From Minisyncoccota bacterium (GTDB lineage: Bacteria; Patescibacteriota; Minisyncoccia; UBA6257; 2-01-FULL-56-20): a DNA stretch of 62,851 bases. Shown piece after piece: positions 36,479 to 44,963 of this stretch. Within the stretch, counting starts at the first letter, position 1; each line of letters starts with the position of its first letter. A program made the translations under genes and the position numbers. The stretch covers positions 1 to 62,851 of the forward strand of contig JARLIC010000029.1 of the NCBI GenBank assembly GCA_031291905.1, in the 5' to 3' direction. The notes below the pieces were generated by a model, which did not search any database, was not told where the DNA came from, and saw nothing but the letters and a program-made list of their open reading frames with translations.

Positions 36479-36552
36479 ACTTTTCACTCTGCGGGGGCTG
36501 AAGGAGTCGGACCTTCGACAAGCGTTTTGGAGACGCTTATTATACCGTTTAA

Positions 36553-36846
36553 CTAAACCCCCTTGTATCTCAAAAATGCTTTCGCAATTGCCATAAGTCT
36601 TCGCGCAACATCACAACTGTGGTAGCGAATCCTTATACAACCCTGATAATTTGGCCGGATTCTTTTCCCACTGTTTGCCTTTTGGTATGGTTTTATAAAT
36701 TGCTCCTTATTAATATCGGTTACTTTTGACCAAAAATCAAGTTGTTTTTTCGGGGAATGATACGAATGTAAGTGTATGCAAGGGCGAAATTTACGCTCAT
36801 CCAACACGAAGCACTTTCGAATAAGAATATGCCATGAAAAGATCAT
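36553..36846 (-). CDS. hypothetical ORF in a low-GC island (possible endonuclease remnant, very uncertain)
   Basis: It is the only ORF in a visibly AT-rich ~350 nt stretch. A weak resemblance to the second half of LAGLIDADG-type proteins (..LDFWSKVTDINKEQFIKPY..GCIRIRYHS) rests on memory only. Confidence 0.3.
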   Translation of the reverse strand: MIFSWHILIRKCFVLDERKFRPCIHLHSYHSPKKQLDFWSKVTDINKEQFIKPYQKANSGKRIRPNYQGCIRIRYHSCDVARRLMAIAKAFLRYKGV

Positions 36847-36871
36847 GGCATATCGAATATTAAAAGATTAT

Positions 36872-36904
36872 AAAATGCGCCTACCCGAGGGCAAGCGCAT
36901 TTTT
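36872..36904 (-). terminator. hairpin terminator overlapping the rpmG stop codon
   Basis: AAAATGCGC...GCGCATTTT arms; the upper arm overlaps the TAA stop by 2 nt. Confidence 0.5.
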
Positions 36905-37082
36905 ATTTACCGGTGATCCTTGCCTCTTTGTGAGTCGTTTCGAGACGGCACCAGTTGCAGAACTTCTTGAGCTCGATCTTCCGTTCCACCACCTTCTTGT
37001 TCTTGTTCGTATAATAATTACGCCGTTTACAAACGGAACAGCGCAACGTTATAAGCCTGTCGGCATGCTTGATCTTTGCCAT
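36903..37082 (-). CDS. rpmG: 50S ribosomal protein L33
   Basis: MAKIKHADRLITLRCSVCKRRNYYTNKNKK..ELKKFCNWCRLETTHKE, with four Zn-ligand Cys. ATG at 37082. Confidence 0.9.
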   Translation of the reverse strand: MAKIKHADRLITLRCSVCKRRNYYTNKNKKVVERKIELKKFCNWCRLETTHKEARITGK

Positions 37083-37131
37083 GGGGATTATATTACTATG
37101 ATTGCTCCAAAAAGGCAAATCGCCCTTTTTG

Positions 37132-37204
37132 AGCCGATGGTCGGAATTGAACCGACGACCTACTCCTTACCATGGAGTTGCTCTACCAGCTGAGCTACAT
37201 CGGC
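37132..37204 (-). tRNA. tRNA-Thr (anticodon GGT)
   Basis: Acceptor GCCGATG/CATCGGC, anticodon stem ACTCC/GGAGT with loop ATGGTAA, T arm GTCGG-TTCAATT-CCGAC. Confidence 0.88.
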
Positions 37205-37252
37205 AACCGATAAAAGATTACCTTAATTGGCAAATTTATTCAACACCTCCCA

Positions 37253-37876
37253 CTACTTGAACTTCATCGAATCCAGGACCCCGTTGAAGTCGGAAATATG
37301 TGCCGCCGACGCAGCGTCATTTGCCGGATATGAAAGATAGATCTTCCAAAGTTCGCTGCCACGGAGGCAGTAGATCGAAGTATCCTGCGAAGTGGCCCCG
37401 GGGGTGTAATCGGCCCGGAAGACCTCTTTTTTACACGTGGTACCATCCACTACGACACCGGAGGCCGTTATGTTGGTTGCATGCATAAGTTCCGTAGTGA
37501 TGATGTCCGCCACCGGCCCTCCCGACGTGGTGGTCACCACCGTGATCTGCGCTCCGCCCGCCGGAATGACCCCCTTATCCCTATACTGGCCGTTGAAATT
37601 CGTGATCACGAGGGGCCGTGCCGAGAAGATGCTCCACGGGCCAGGATAGGTGAACGAGAAGGAAGCGCCGGCATAGCTCTTTGGAGTAGAGGTGGAAAGC
37701 ACCACCGAGACCGTGGACGAACCCGTACCGGACGCAGCGGTATTTGTCGAAACAGCCATATCGGGCTCGGTCGGGGCCTTTGCGGTTTTTTTGCCGAATC
37801 CCATATCCCCCACTATGACGATGAGGATCACTGCCACCACTATCGCGACGGCCGCATAAATGTGTTTCTTTTTCAT
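37253..37876 (-). CDS. hypothetical membrane-anchored extracytoplasmic protein
   Basis: Signal anchor AAVAIVVAVILIVIV, a Ser/Thr-rich linker, and a beta-rich domain. Confidence 0.5.
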   Translation of the reverse strand: MKKKHIYAAVAIVVAVILIVIVGDMGFGKKTAKAPTEPDMAVSTNTAASGTGSSTVSVVLSTSTPKSYAGASFSFTYPGPWSIFSARPLVITNFNGQYRDKGVIPAGGAQITVVTTTSGGPVADIITTELMHATNITASGVVVDGTTCKKEVFRADYTPGATSQDTSIYCLRGSELWKIYLSYPANDAASAAHISDFNGVLDSMKFK

Positions 37877-37905
37877 GTTTGTATTGTCTTATTATGATAA
37901 CTCAC

Positions 37906-38517
37906 CTATCGATATTTTCCAATCAGCTGTATCCAATTTCTCCTTCCGGAGTGGGTGACGATTTCATATACGATTTCCAACCCCTCATCGAGAAGAAATT
38001 TCCTCATTTCTTCCGCGGTAAAATAACTGAAGAATCTTTCGTAATCGTAACCATAGTCATTTTCTTTCACAAGCTCTTCTTCCCCCTCTCCGTCCCTGCG
38101 CTCCTTTACCGCGATGTAAAAATATCCGCCGGTGTTAAGTTTTCCTTTCAATGAATGGATGATCCCGCCCACATCTTTTTTGGGAATGTGCAACAGCACC
38201 GCTTGGGCAAAAATAGCATCAAACTTTTCCGTGAGACCGGAAAGGTCATAAAGATCAAAGGATAAAAAATTTCCGTTAGGCACCCGGCGCTTTGCGATCT
38301 CCAACATTCCTTCGGAAAAATCGATACCGGTCACCTTCATGCCTTTTCCCTGAAGAATCTCCGACTTGACCCCGCTTCCGCAGCCGACATCCAGTACGGT
38401 TGCTCCCGGATCAAGCAAGGAGGTGAATTTAGCGACTCCCTCGACCCACCAATCGTCATTTGTGTGATCGTTGTTCCAGTCCCGGGCAATGCGATCATAA
38501 GTTGATTTGAGGTCCAT
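37906..38517 (-). CDS. class I SAM-dependent methyltransferase
   Basis: Motif I VLDVGCGSGVKS and post-I D-F acidic residue pattern. Confidence 0.85.
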   Translation of the reverse strand: MDLKSTYDRIARDWNNDHTNDDWWVEGVAKFTSLLDPGATVLDVGCGSGVKSEILQGKGMKVTGIDFSEGMLEIAKRRVPNGNFLSFDLYDLSGLTEKFDAIFAQAVLLHIPKKDVGGIIHSLKGKLNTGGYFYIAVKERRDGEGEEELVKENDYGYDYERFFSYFTAEEMRKFLLDEGLEIVYEIVTHSGRRNWIQLIGKYR

Positions 38518-38543
38518 TTGAAATCAAATTCTTTTTAGTCTTG

Positions 38544-38616
38544 AGCCACCTCCCGGACTCGGACCGGGGACCTTCGCTTTACAAAAGCGTTGCTCTACCA
38601 ACTGAGCTAAGGTGGC
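38544..38616 (-). tRNA. tRNA-Thr (anticodon TGT)
   Basis: Acceptor GCCACCT/AGGTGGC, anticodon loop TTTGTAA, T arm CCCGG-TCCGAGT-CCGGG (C at position 55). Confidence 0.88.
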
Positions 38617-38691
38617 ATTAACTGCTTACTTAATATATCCAAATAGCGAGAAAATTGCCAATTTATTTCTAAAGAATTGTAAGATCTCTGG

Positions 38692-38822
38692 GTTAATAAT
38701 ACAGCCCGCCTCCCCGTCTTGAGGGGGATCTCGGAGCCGCGCAGGCGGCGAGAGCTAAGGTGCGCGCCCAGTAGGGCGCGACACCGTCCCCGAAAGACGG
38801 GGAGGCGGGCTGTATTATTAAC
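38692..38822 (+). ncRNA. family A hairpin-apex element, copy 3
   Basis: 29 bp perfect arms (38692-38720 and 38794-38822) and core 38721-38793. An imperfect stem extension reaches roughly 38660-38855. Confidence 0.6.
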
Positions 38823-38901
38823 GAGTTCTTTACTATAATTTAGAAGAAATTAATGTTCTGCATCCTCGCTGGTCGAGGGATAACACGCGAACACCCTATC
38901 C

Positions 38902-41900
38902 ATGCCAAATCCAGCCCCCCGTTTCACCCATCTCCACGTACACTCCCACTATTCCCTTCTCGACGGACTCACCAAGATAGACCAGCTGGTCGGCCGCGCC
39001 AAAGAGCTCGGCCTTGATTCCATCGCCCTCACCGATCACGGCGTGCTTTATGGCGCAGTCGAATTCTATAAAGCGGCGAAAAAGGCGGGCATCAAACCGG
39101 TCCTTGGCGTCGAAGCATACATCGCCCCGCGCGACCGCTTCTCGCGCGAGAGCAACGAGCGCTACGCGCACCTCGTGCTTCTCTGCGAGAACGAGACCGG
39201 ATGGAAGAATCTCATCAAGCTCGTCTCAAAAGCGAACCTTGAGGGATTCTACTACAAGCCCCGCATGGACAAGGACCTTTTGCGCGAGCACCACGAGGGT
39301 CTGATCGCACTCTCGGCATGCCTCGGCGGCGAGGTCGCGCGCGCGCTCACCAACAACAACTTCGAGGAGGCAAAGAAGGTGGCACTCGAATATCAGGACA
39401 TATTCGGCGCCGGCAATTATTTCCTTGAGATCCAGAAGCACCCGAACATCCCCGAATCGGAAAAGATCGAGCCGTTGCTCGTCAAGCTTTCCCACGAGAC
39501 CGGCATCCCGCTCGTGACCACCCAGGACAGCCACTACACCCACTCCGACGACGCGGAATACCACGATGTGCTCCTTGCGGTGCAGACGGGCAACCAGCTC
39601 ACCGACGACGACCGGATGAGCATGAAGTCCGACGATTTTTCAATACTCTCGCCACAGGACATGCTCGCAAAGTTCTCCCATCTTGAAGGCGGCGCCGAGG
39701 CGGTGGCGCGCACGGCGGAGATCGCGGACCGATGCAACGTCACGCTCGAATTGGGCGCGGCGCTCCTCCCCGATTTCCCGAAGCCCGACGGCAAAACGGC
39801 GAACGCCTATATGCGCGAACTCGTCGAGGAGCGTTTGCCGAACAAATTCCCTCCGGCGGTGATGAGCGACCCCGCCAAAGCAAAAGAGGTGCGCACCCGT
39901 CTTGAGTACGAGATCGGCGTCATCGAGAAGACCGGCTTCGCGGACTACTTCCTCATTGTGCAGGACCTCATACAATGGGCAAAACTGCACGGCATCGCCG
40001 TGGGACCGGGCCGCGGTTCGGCGGCGGGCAGCCTGGTCTCCTATATCCTCGACATCACCGATATCGACCCCCTGCGCTACGACCTCATCTTCGAGCGCTT
40101 CCTCAATCCGGAGCGCATCCAGATGCCGGATATCGATATCGACTTCTCCGACGCGCGGCGCGGCGAGGTGCTTGCGTATGCGCGGGAAAAATACGGCGAG
40201 GACCACGTGGCGCGCATCATCACCTTCGGGACAATGGCGGCCCGTGCCGCCATCCGCGACGCCGGCCGTGCCATGGGATTCTCCTACGCGTTCTGCGACC
40301 AGATCGCAAAACTGATCCCTCTCAATCCGACGCAGGGAATGAAGGAAGGCTGGCTCGACGAGTGCCTCAAGAAAGTGCAGGAGCTCAAGGCGCTTTACGA
40401 CACGAACCCCGAGGCGAAACGGCTGATCGACACCGCGCGGCACCTTGAGGGCGTGGCGCGGCACGCCTCCGTGCACGCATGCGGTACCGTGATCGCGAAG
40501 GAGCCGCTCATGGAGCGCGTTCCCCTGCAGTTCGCGCCGCAGGAAAAGGACACGATCATCACCCAGTTCGAAGGGCATGCCGTCGAGGACATAGGACTGC
40601 TTAAGATCGACTTCCTCGGACTCAAGAACCTCACCATCATCGAAGAAGCCGTCCGGCTCATCCGCGAATTGCATGGCGTCACGATCGACGTCTCGCGCCT
40701 CCCGCTCGATGACGCGAAGACCTACGAACTGCTCCAGCGCGGCGACACCACCGGCGTGTTCCAGTTCGAATCGTCCGGCATGCGCCGCTACATGAAGGAC
40801 ATCAAACCGACCGAGCTCGAGGACCTCATCGCCCTGGTGGCACTGTTCCGCCCCGGTCCGATGGAACTTATCCCCTCCTTCATCAAGCGCAAGCACGGCC
40901 AGGAACGGATCGTCTATCTCCACCCCAAGCTCGAACCGATCCTCAAGAATACCTACGGCATCGGCGTCTACCAGGAACAGATGATGCGCATTGCGCGCGA
41001 CCTTGCGGGCTATTCGCTCGCGGAGGCCGACACGCTGCGCAAGGCCATCGGCAAGAAGATCAAGTCTCTGCTCGACGAACAGAAGGTCAAGCTCACCGAG
41101 GGCATGATCAAGAACGGCATCCCGACAAAGATCGCGAAGGAGATCTGGGAACTGTTCCCGCCGTTCGCGCGTTACGGTTTCAACAAATCGCACGCGGCAT
41201 GTTACGCAATGATCGGCTACCAGACCGCGTATCTCAAAGCGAACTATCCGGAAGAGTTCACCGCCGCACTCCTCAATTCCGAGATGCACGACATCGAACG
41301 CATCTCGTTCCTGATCCAGGAGGCGAAGGCGGCGGGCGTCGAGATCCTCGCGCCGGACATCAACATGAGCTTCGTGAATTTCACTCCGGAGAACGAGAAG
41401 ATCCGCTTCGGCCTCCTGGCAATCAAAAATGTAGGCAGCGAGATCACTCGCGCAATAATAGAGGAGCGCGCCCGCGGAGGTCCGTTCAAGACGTTCGAGG
41501 AGTTCCTCACGCGCATTCAGCACAAGGACCTCAACAAGAAATCGCTCGAGAGCCTCGTGAAGAGCGGCGCATTCGATTCGCTCGGCATCGAGCGCAAGAC
41601 CGCGCTCGAGAACATGGACGATATCCTGAAGTTCGCGAATGCGATGAAGCGGAGCAGTATGGACCAGGCGAATTCGCTGTTCGGCATCTCGGCGCCCACG
41701 CTCACGCTCAAATTGAAGCCGGCCGAGCCTGCGAGCCGCGGCGAGAAGCTCGTATGGGAGAAGGAGCTCATCGGATTCTTCATTTCCGACCATCCTATGA
41801 ACGGCCATAAAGAGACGCTCGAGAAGTACAAGGCAAAACCGATCGCCGAAGTGCTGGCGTCGAACGACGAGAAGACGATCATGCGCACCGCGGGCCTCGT

Positions 41901-42123
41901 CTCGAAGATGAAGAAGATCATGACCAAGAACGGCCAGCCGATGATCTTCGCGACCATCGAGGACAAATCCGGACAGGCCATCGAAGTGGTCGTGTTCAAC
42001 AGCGTGCTCGAAAAGACCTCGTCCGCATGGGTCGAGAATGCCTGCGTCATCGTGGACGGCCGGATATCGCACCGTGACGGCCAGGCGAAAATGCTCTGCG
42101 AGAACGCAAAACGCCTCGATTGA
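38902..42123 (+). CDS. dnaE: DNA polymerase III alpha subunit
   Basis: 1073 aa. PHP domain (FTHLHVHSHYSLLDG), palm and fingers (GPGRGSAAGSLVSY, PDIDIDF), HhH, and an OB fold at the C-terminus. Confidence 0.97.
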   Translation: MPNPAPRFTHLHVHSHYSLLDGLTKIDQLVGRAKELGLDSIALTDHGVLYGAVEFYKAAKKAGIKPVLGVEAYIAPRDRFSRESNERYAHLVLLCENETGWKNLIKLVSKANLEGFYYKPRMDKDLLREHHEGLIALSACLGGEVARALTNNNFEEAKKVALEYQDIFGAGNYFLEIQKHPNIPESEKIEPLLVKLSHETGIPLVTTQDSHYTHSDDAEYHDVLLAVQTGNQLTDDDRMSMKSDDFSILSPQDMLAKFSHLEGGAEAVARTAEIADRCNVTLELGAALLPDFPKPDGKTANAYMRELVEERLPNKFPPAVMSDPAKAKEVRTRLEYEIGVIEKTGFADYFLIVQDLIQWAKLHGIAVGPGRGSAAGSLVSYILDITDIDPLRYDLIFERFLNPERIQMPDIDIDFSDARRGEVLAYAREKYGEDHVARIITFGTMAARAAIRDAGRAMGFSYAFCDQIAKLIPLNPTQGMKEGWLDECLKKVQELKALYDTNPEAKRLIDTARHLEGVARHASVHACGTVIAKEPLMERVPLQFAPQEKDTIITQFEGHAVEDIGLLKIDFLGLKNLTIIEEAVRLIRELHGVTIDVSRLPLDDAKTYELLQRGDTTGVFQFESSGMRRYMKDIKPTELEDLIALVALFRPGPMELIPSFIKRKHGQERIVYLHPKLEPILKNTYGIGVYQEQMMRIARDLAGYSLAEADTLRKAIGKKIKSLLDEQKVKLTEGMIKNGIPTKIAKEIWELFPPFARYGFNKSHAACYAMIGYQTAYLKANYPEEFTAALLNSEMHDIERISFLIQEAKAAGVEILAPDINMSFVNFTPENEKIRFGLLAIKNVGSEITRAIIEERARGGPFKTFEEFLTRIQHKDLNKKSLESLVKSGAFDSLGIERKTALENMDDILKFANAMKRSSMDQANSLFGISAPTLTLKLKPAEPASRGEKLVWEKELIGFFISDHPMNGHKETLEKYKAKPIAEVLASNDEKTIMRTAGLVSKMKKIMTKNGQPMIFATIEDKSGQAIEVVVFNSVLEKTSSAWVENACVIVDGRISHRDGQAKMLCENAKRLD

Positions 42124-42138
42124 GGCGTTTTCTTTTCC

Positions 42139-43608
42139 CTATTTCTTCTTCCCTTCTTCCCTTCCTCCCTTCCTCATCAGCGGAAAGAACACCGTCTCGC
42201 GCACCGGCCTGTCGACAAGGATCGCGAACACGCGTTCCGACATGCCGAACCCGGTCGTCGGCGGCAGGCCGTATGAAAGCGCATTAAGGAAATCCTCGTC
42301 GAGCGGCATCGCCTCCTTGTCGCCCTTCTTCTTCAATGCCATCTGCTCTTCGAACCGTTTGCGCTGCTCTTCGGGATCATTGAGCTCCGAGTAGCCGTTG
42401 CCGAGTTCCGTGCCGCACGCCACAATCTGGAACCGCTCCGCGATCTCCGGGTCCTTCTCGGATGCCTTTGCAAGCGGAGAGACGAGGATGGGCGTACCGA
42501 CGAGGAAGCAGGGCTGTATCAGATTCGGCCGGACGCTCTTCTTATAGATAAGGTCGATGAGCCTCCCCTTCTGGAGGGTCTTTTCGGGCTTGAGGCCGAG
42601 CGATTTCGCTTTTTCAAAAAGCTCGTCGCGCGTGGCGCGGAGCGGGTCCATGCCGTTCGCCTCCTTGAATGCGGTGACATAATCGACCTCCGGCCATTCG
42701 CCGCTCCAATCGATCTCGTAGCCGTGTGACACGGTGGTCAGCGTGCCCATCGTGTGCTCGATCACGAAGCGGAACATCTTCTGCAGCATGTGCATCAGGT
42801 CGCGGTAATCGTGATACGCCCAGTAGCATTCCATGAACGAAAAATCCTGAAGATGGTCGCGGTCGATCCCCTCGTTCCTGAACACGCGGCCGATCTCGAA
42901 CACGCGGTCGAAGCCGCCGACGACAAGTTTTTTAAGCTGAAGCTCAAGTGCGATACGAAGATAGAAATCGGTGTCGAGCGCGTTGTGGTGCGTCTTGAAC
43001 GGCTCGGCCTCGGCGCCTCCCGCTTCGGGTTCGAGCACGCTCGTCTCCACCTCCAAAAATCCCTCATTCTCCAAAAATTCACGGACACTCGCCCAGAAGA
43101 GGCTCTTCCGCACGAACATCTCGCGCACGTCCGGATGCGCCAAAAGGTCCACATACCGCTCGCGCAGGCGCAATTCCACGTCCTGAATACCGTCCCACTT
43201 GTCGGGCAGGGGCAGCATCGTCTTTCCTGCGAACTGCAGGCCCTTCGCCTCCAGGCTGCGTTCGCCGCGTTTGGTGACGAAGAGCGTCCCGGTCACCGAG
43301 ATGAAATCGCCGACGTCGAGCACGGTCCGCCAGAACTCAAGGTCCGCAAGGACCTCATCCTTGAGCACCGCCTGGATCTTTCCCGTTTCGTCCTCTATGT
43401 CCGCGAAGATGATCTTGCCCATATCGCGGAGACTGCGGATGCGGCCCGCAAGCGAGACCATTTTGTGTTCCGCAACAAGCTTGTCGAAATCGTCGAGCGC
43501 ATCCAAAACGTCGCCCGTGCGCGTGATGCGCGCGGGGTACGGATCGATGCCGCGCGCACGGAGCGCGTCGAGCTTCTTCTTTCGTTCGCCGATGATATCG
43601 TCCAGCAT
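42139..43608 (-). CDS. lysS: lysine--tRNA ligase (class II)
   Basis: 489 aa with an N-terminal OB anticodon-binding domain and class II motifs 1-3 (FRNEGID, GGFGMSERV-like). Confidence 0.96.
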   Translation of the reverse strand: MLDDIIGERKKKLDALRARGIDPYPARITRTGDVLDALDDFDKLVAEHKMVSLAGRIRSLRDMGKIIFADIEDETGKIQAVLKDEVLADLEFWRTVLDVGDFISVTGTLFVTKRGERSLEAKGLQFAGKTMLPLPDKWDGIQDVELRLRERYVDLLAHPDVREMFVRKSLFWASVREFLENEGFLEVETSVLEPEAGGAEAEPFKTHHNALDTDFYLRIALELQLKKLVVGGFDRVFEIGRVFRNEGIDRDHLQDFSFMECYWAYHDYRDLMHMLQKMFRFVIEHTMGTLTTVSHGYEIDWSGEWPEVDYVTAFKEANGMDPLRATRDELFEKAKSLGLKPEKTLQKGRLIDLIYKKSVRPNLIQPCFLVGTPILVSPLAKASEKDPEIAERFQIVACGTELGNGYSELNDPEEQRKRFEEQMALKKKGDKEAMPLDEDFLNALSYGLPPTTGFGMSERVFAILVDRPVRETVFFPLMRKGGREEGKKK

Positions 43609-43654
43609 ATTCCTATTCTACCATCAACCGTGGCGTAACCAAAGCCTCCTCCGG

Positions 43655-44113
43655 TTATTCAACTTTGAGTATCTCGTACTTCACCGCACCCACGGGCGTC
43701 GTCACTTCCACCATGTCGCCCTCCTTGTGCTTCATGAATGCCTTGCCGAGCGGCGAGTCGTCTGAGATCTTTCCGTCCTCCGGTTTTGCCTCGTACATGC
43801 CTACGATCGTGTAGATCGATGTCTTCGCCCCCTTTTTGATGGTCACCGTGGACCCCACCTGCACCACCGCGTGCGTGCCGGTCTTTTCGATCGTCACCGC
43901 GTTCTTGAGAAGGTCCTCGAGCTCGAAGATTCGTCCCTCGACGTTCCCCTGCTCCTCGCGCGCTTCCGCGTATTCGGAATTCTCCGAAAGATCGCCGTAT
44001 TCCTTTGCCTGCCTGAGACGCTGAGCGACCTCGTTGCGCTTTTCATTCTTCAGATATTCCAGCTCTTTCTTGAATTCCTCGAGCCGCTCTTTGGTAAGAT
44101 ATTCTTTTCCCAT
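43655..44113 (-). CDS. greA: transcription elongation factor GreA
   Basis: 152 aa. N-terminal coiled coil with the DLSENSEYAEA acidic tip and a C-terminal FKBP-like domain. Confidence 0.95.
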   Translation of the reverse strand: MGKEYLTKERLEEFKKELEYLKNEKRNEVAQRLRQAKEYGDLSENSEYAEAREEQGNVEGRIFELEDLLKNAVTIEKTGTHAVVQVGSTVTIKKGAKTSIYTIVGMYEAKPEDGKISDDSPLGKAFMKHKEGDMVEVTTPVGAVKYEILKVE

Positions 44114-44152
44114 GATATTATTTGAGTATTATTGCGATAATTGGTTACGACA

Positions 44153-44177
44153 CAGCCGCTCTTAGTGGAAGCGGCTG
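44153..44177 (-). terminator. hairpin after the glycosyltransferase gene (no clear U tract)
   Basis: CAGCCGCU-loop-AGCGGCUG on the minus strand. Confidence 0.3.
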
Positions 44178-44197
44178 GGAATGATTGCGAGTAAATA

Positions 44198-44956
44198 TTA
44201 TCGTATTTGTGGCGCTCTGTCCAGTGCCGGAATGGGGTATTTACGGCGCCATAACCACCAGCGAATTTTACAGGCTTCCCCCAGGAATTGCAATCCAGCC
44301 GAGAAATGCACGTGTGAGCGCGCATCGTTCACCCAATGCACGGGTATCTCCTTGATCGTATAGCCCATTTTATGGGCCAACGCGAGGATCTCGACGTCGA
44401 ATCCCCACCCCGACACTCTCGAAATGGAGAATATGCGCTCCGCGGCCTCGTCCGTGAAGGCCTTAAATCCGCACTGGGTATCCCACAGCCCCGGCAGCAG
44501 GAAAAGCTGGATCAGGAGGTTCAGCGCCTTGCCGATGACCTGTCTTGAAAGCGGTTCCGGCGGGTCGAGCTTCGCGCCCCGTACGGCACGCGAACCGATC
44601 ACCACGCCGCACCCTTCTTTGAAGAGCGGCATCATCTTATCGAACTGGTCAATCGAGGTCGAATTGTCCGCGTCGGTGAAGAGGCGCACCTTCCCCGTCG
44701 CCGCAAGCATTCCCGCACGCACCGTCGCCCCTTTGCCGCCGTTGGCTTTGACGTCGATCAGCTTCAGGTTCTTCACCAACTTCTCCATGTTCTCGACGAC
44801 CGTTGCCGTGGCATCGGTCGAGCCGTCATTCACCACAAGTATCTCGTAGGAATATTCGACCGTGCTCAGATATTTATCCATGGCGAGCAGGGTCGCCGGG
44901 ATGCGTTCGGCCTCGTTGTACGCCGGAACGATTATTGAAAGATAGGGCTGGGCCAT
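44198..44956 (-). CDS. family 2 glycosyltransferase (polyprenol-phosphate hexosyltransferase-like)
   Basis: LSIIVPAYNEAERI, VNDGSTD and DAD motifs typical of GT2. Confidence 0.85.
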   Translation of the reverse strand: MAQPYLSIIVPAYNEAERIPATLLAMDKYLSTVEYSYEILVVNDGSTDATATVVENMEKLVKNLKLIDVKANGGKGATVRAGMLAATGKVRLFTDADNSTSIDQFDKMMPLFKEGCGVVIGSRAVRGAKLDPPEPLSRQVIGKALNLLIQLFLLPGLWDTQCGFKAFTDEAAERIFSISRVSGWGFDVEILALAHKMGYTIKEIPVHWVNDARSHVHFSAGLQFLGEACKIRWWLWRRKYPIPALDRAPQIR

Positions 44957-44963
44957 AGGAGCA

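Noticed and set aside
39640-42072. 810-aa ORF antisense to dnaE, and similar long antisense ORFs (1561-3051, 2537-3895, 4057-5268, 21312-22415, 27538-29010, 42754-43638 and others).
   Set aside because: They lie opposite genes with unmistakable conserved motifs. Their translations are Arg/Ala/Gly/Asp-rich low-complexity strings typical of shadow frames in GC-rich DNA. None has its own start context or terminator.
42139-42180. Purine-rich decamer GGGAAGAAGG recurring at about 18250, 29175, 42155, 49165 and 49885.
   Set aside because: Five copies exceed the chance expectation. However, the string is low-complexity, occurs on either strand relative to the local genes, and lies partly inside coding sequence (Lys/Glu/Gly-rich tails of lysS and rplR). 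It probably reflects SD-like or K/E/G-coding bias rather than a discrete element.
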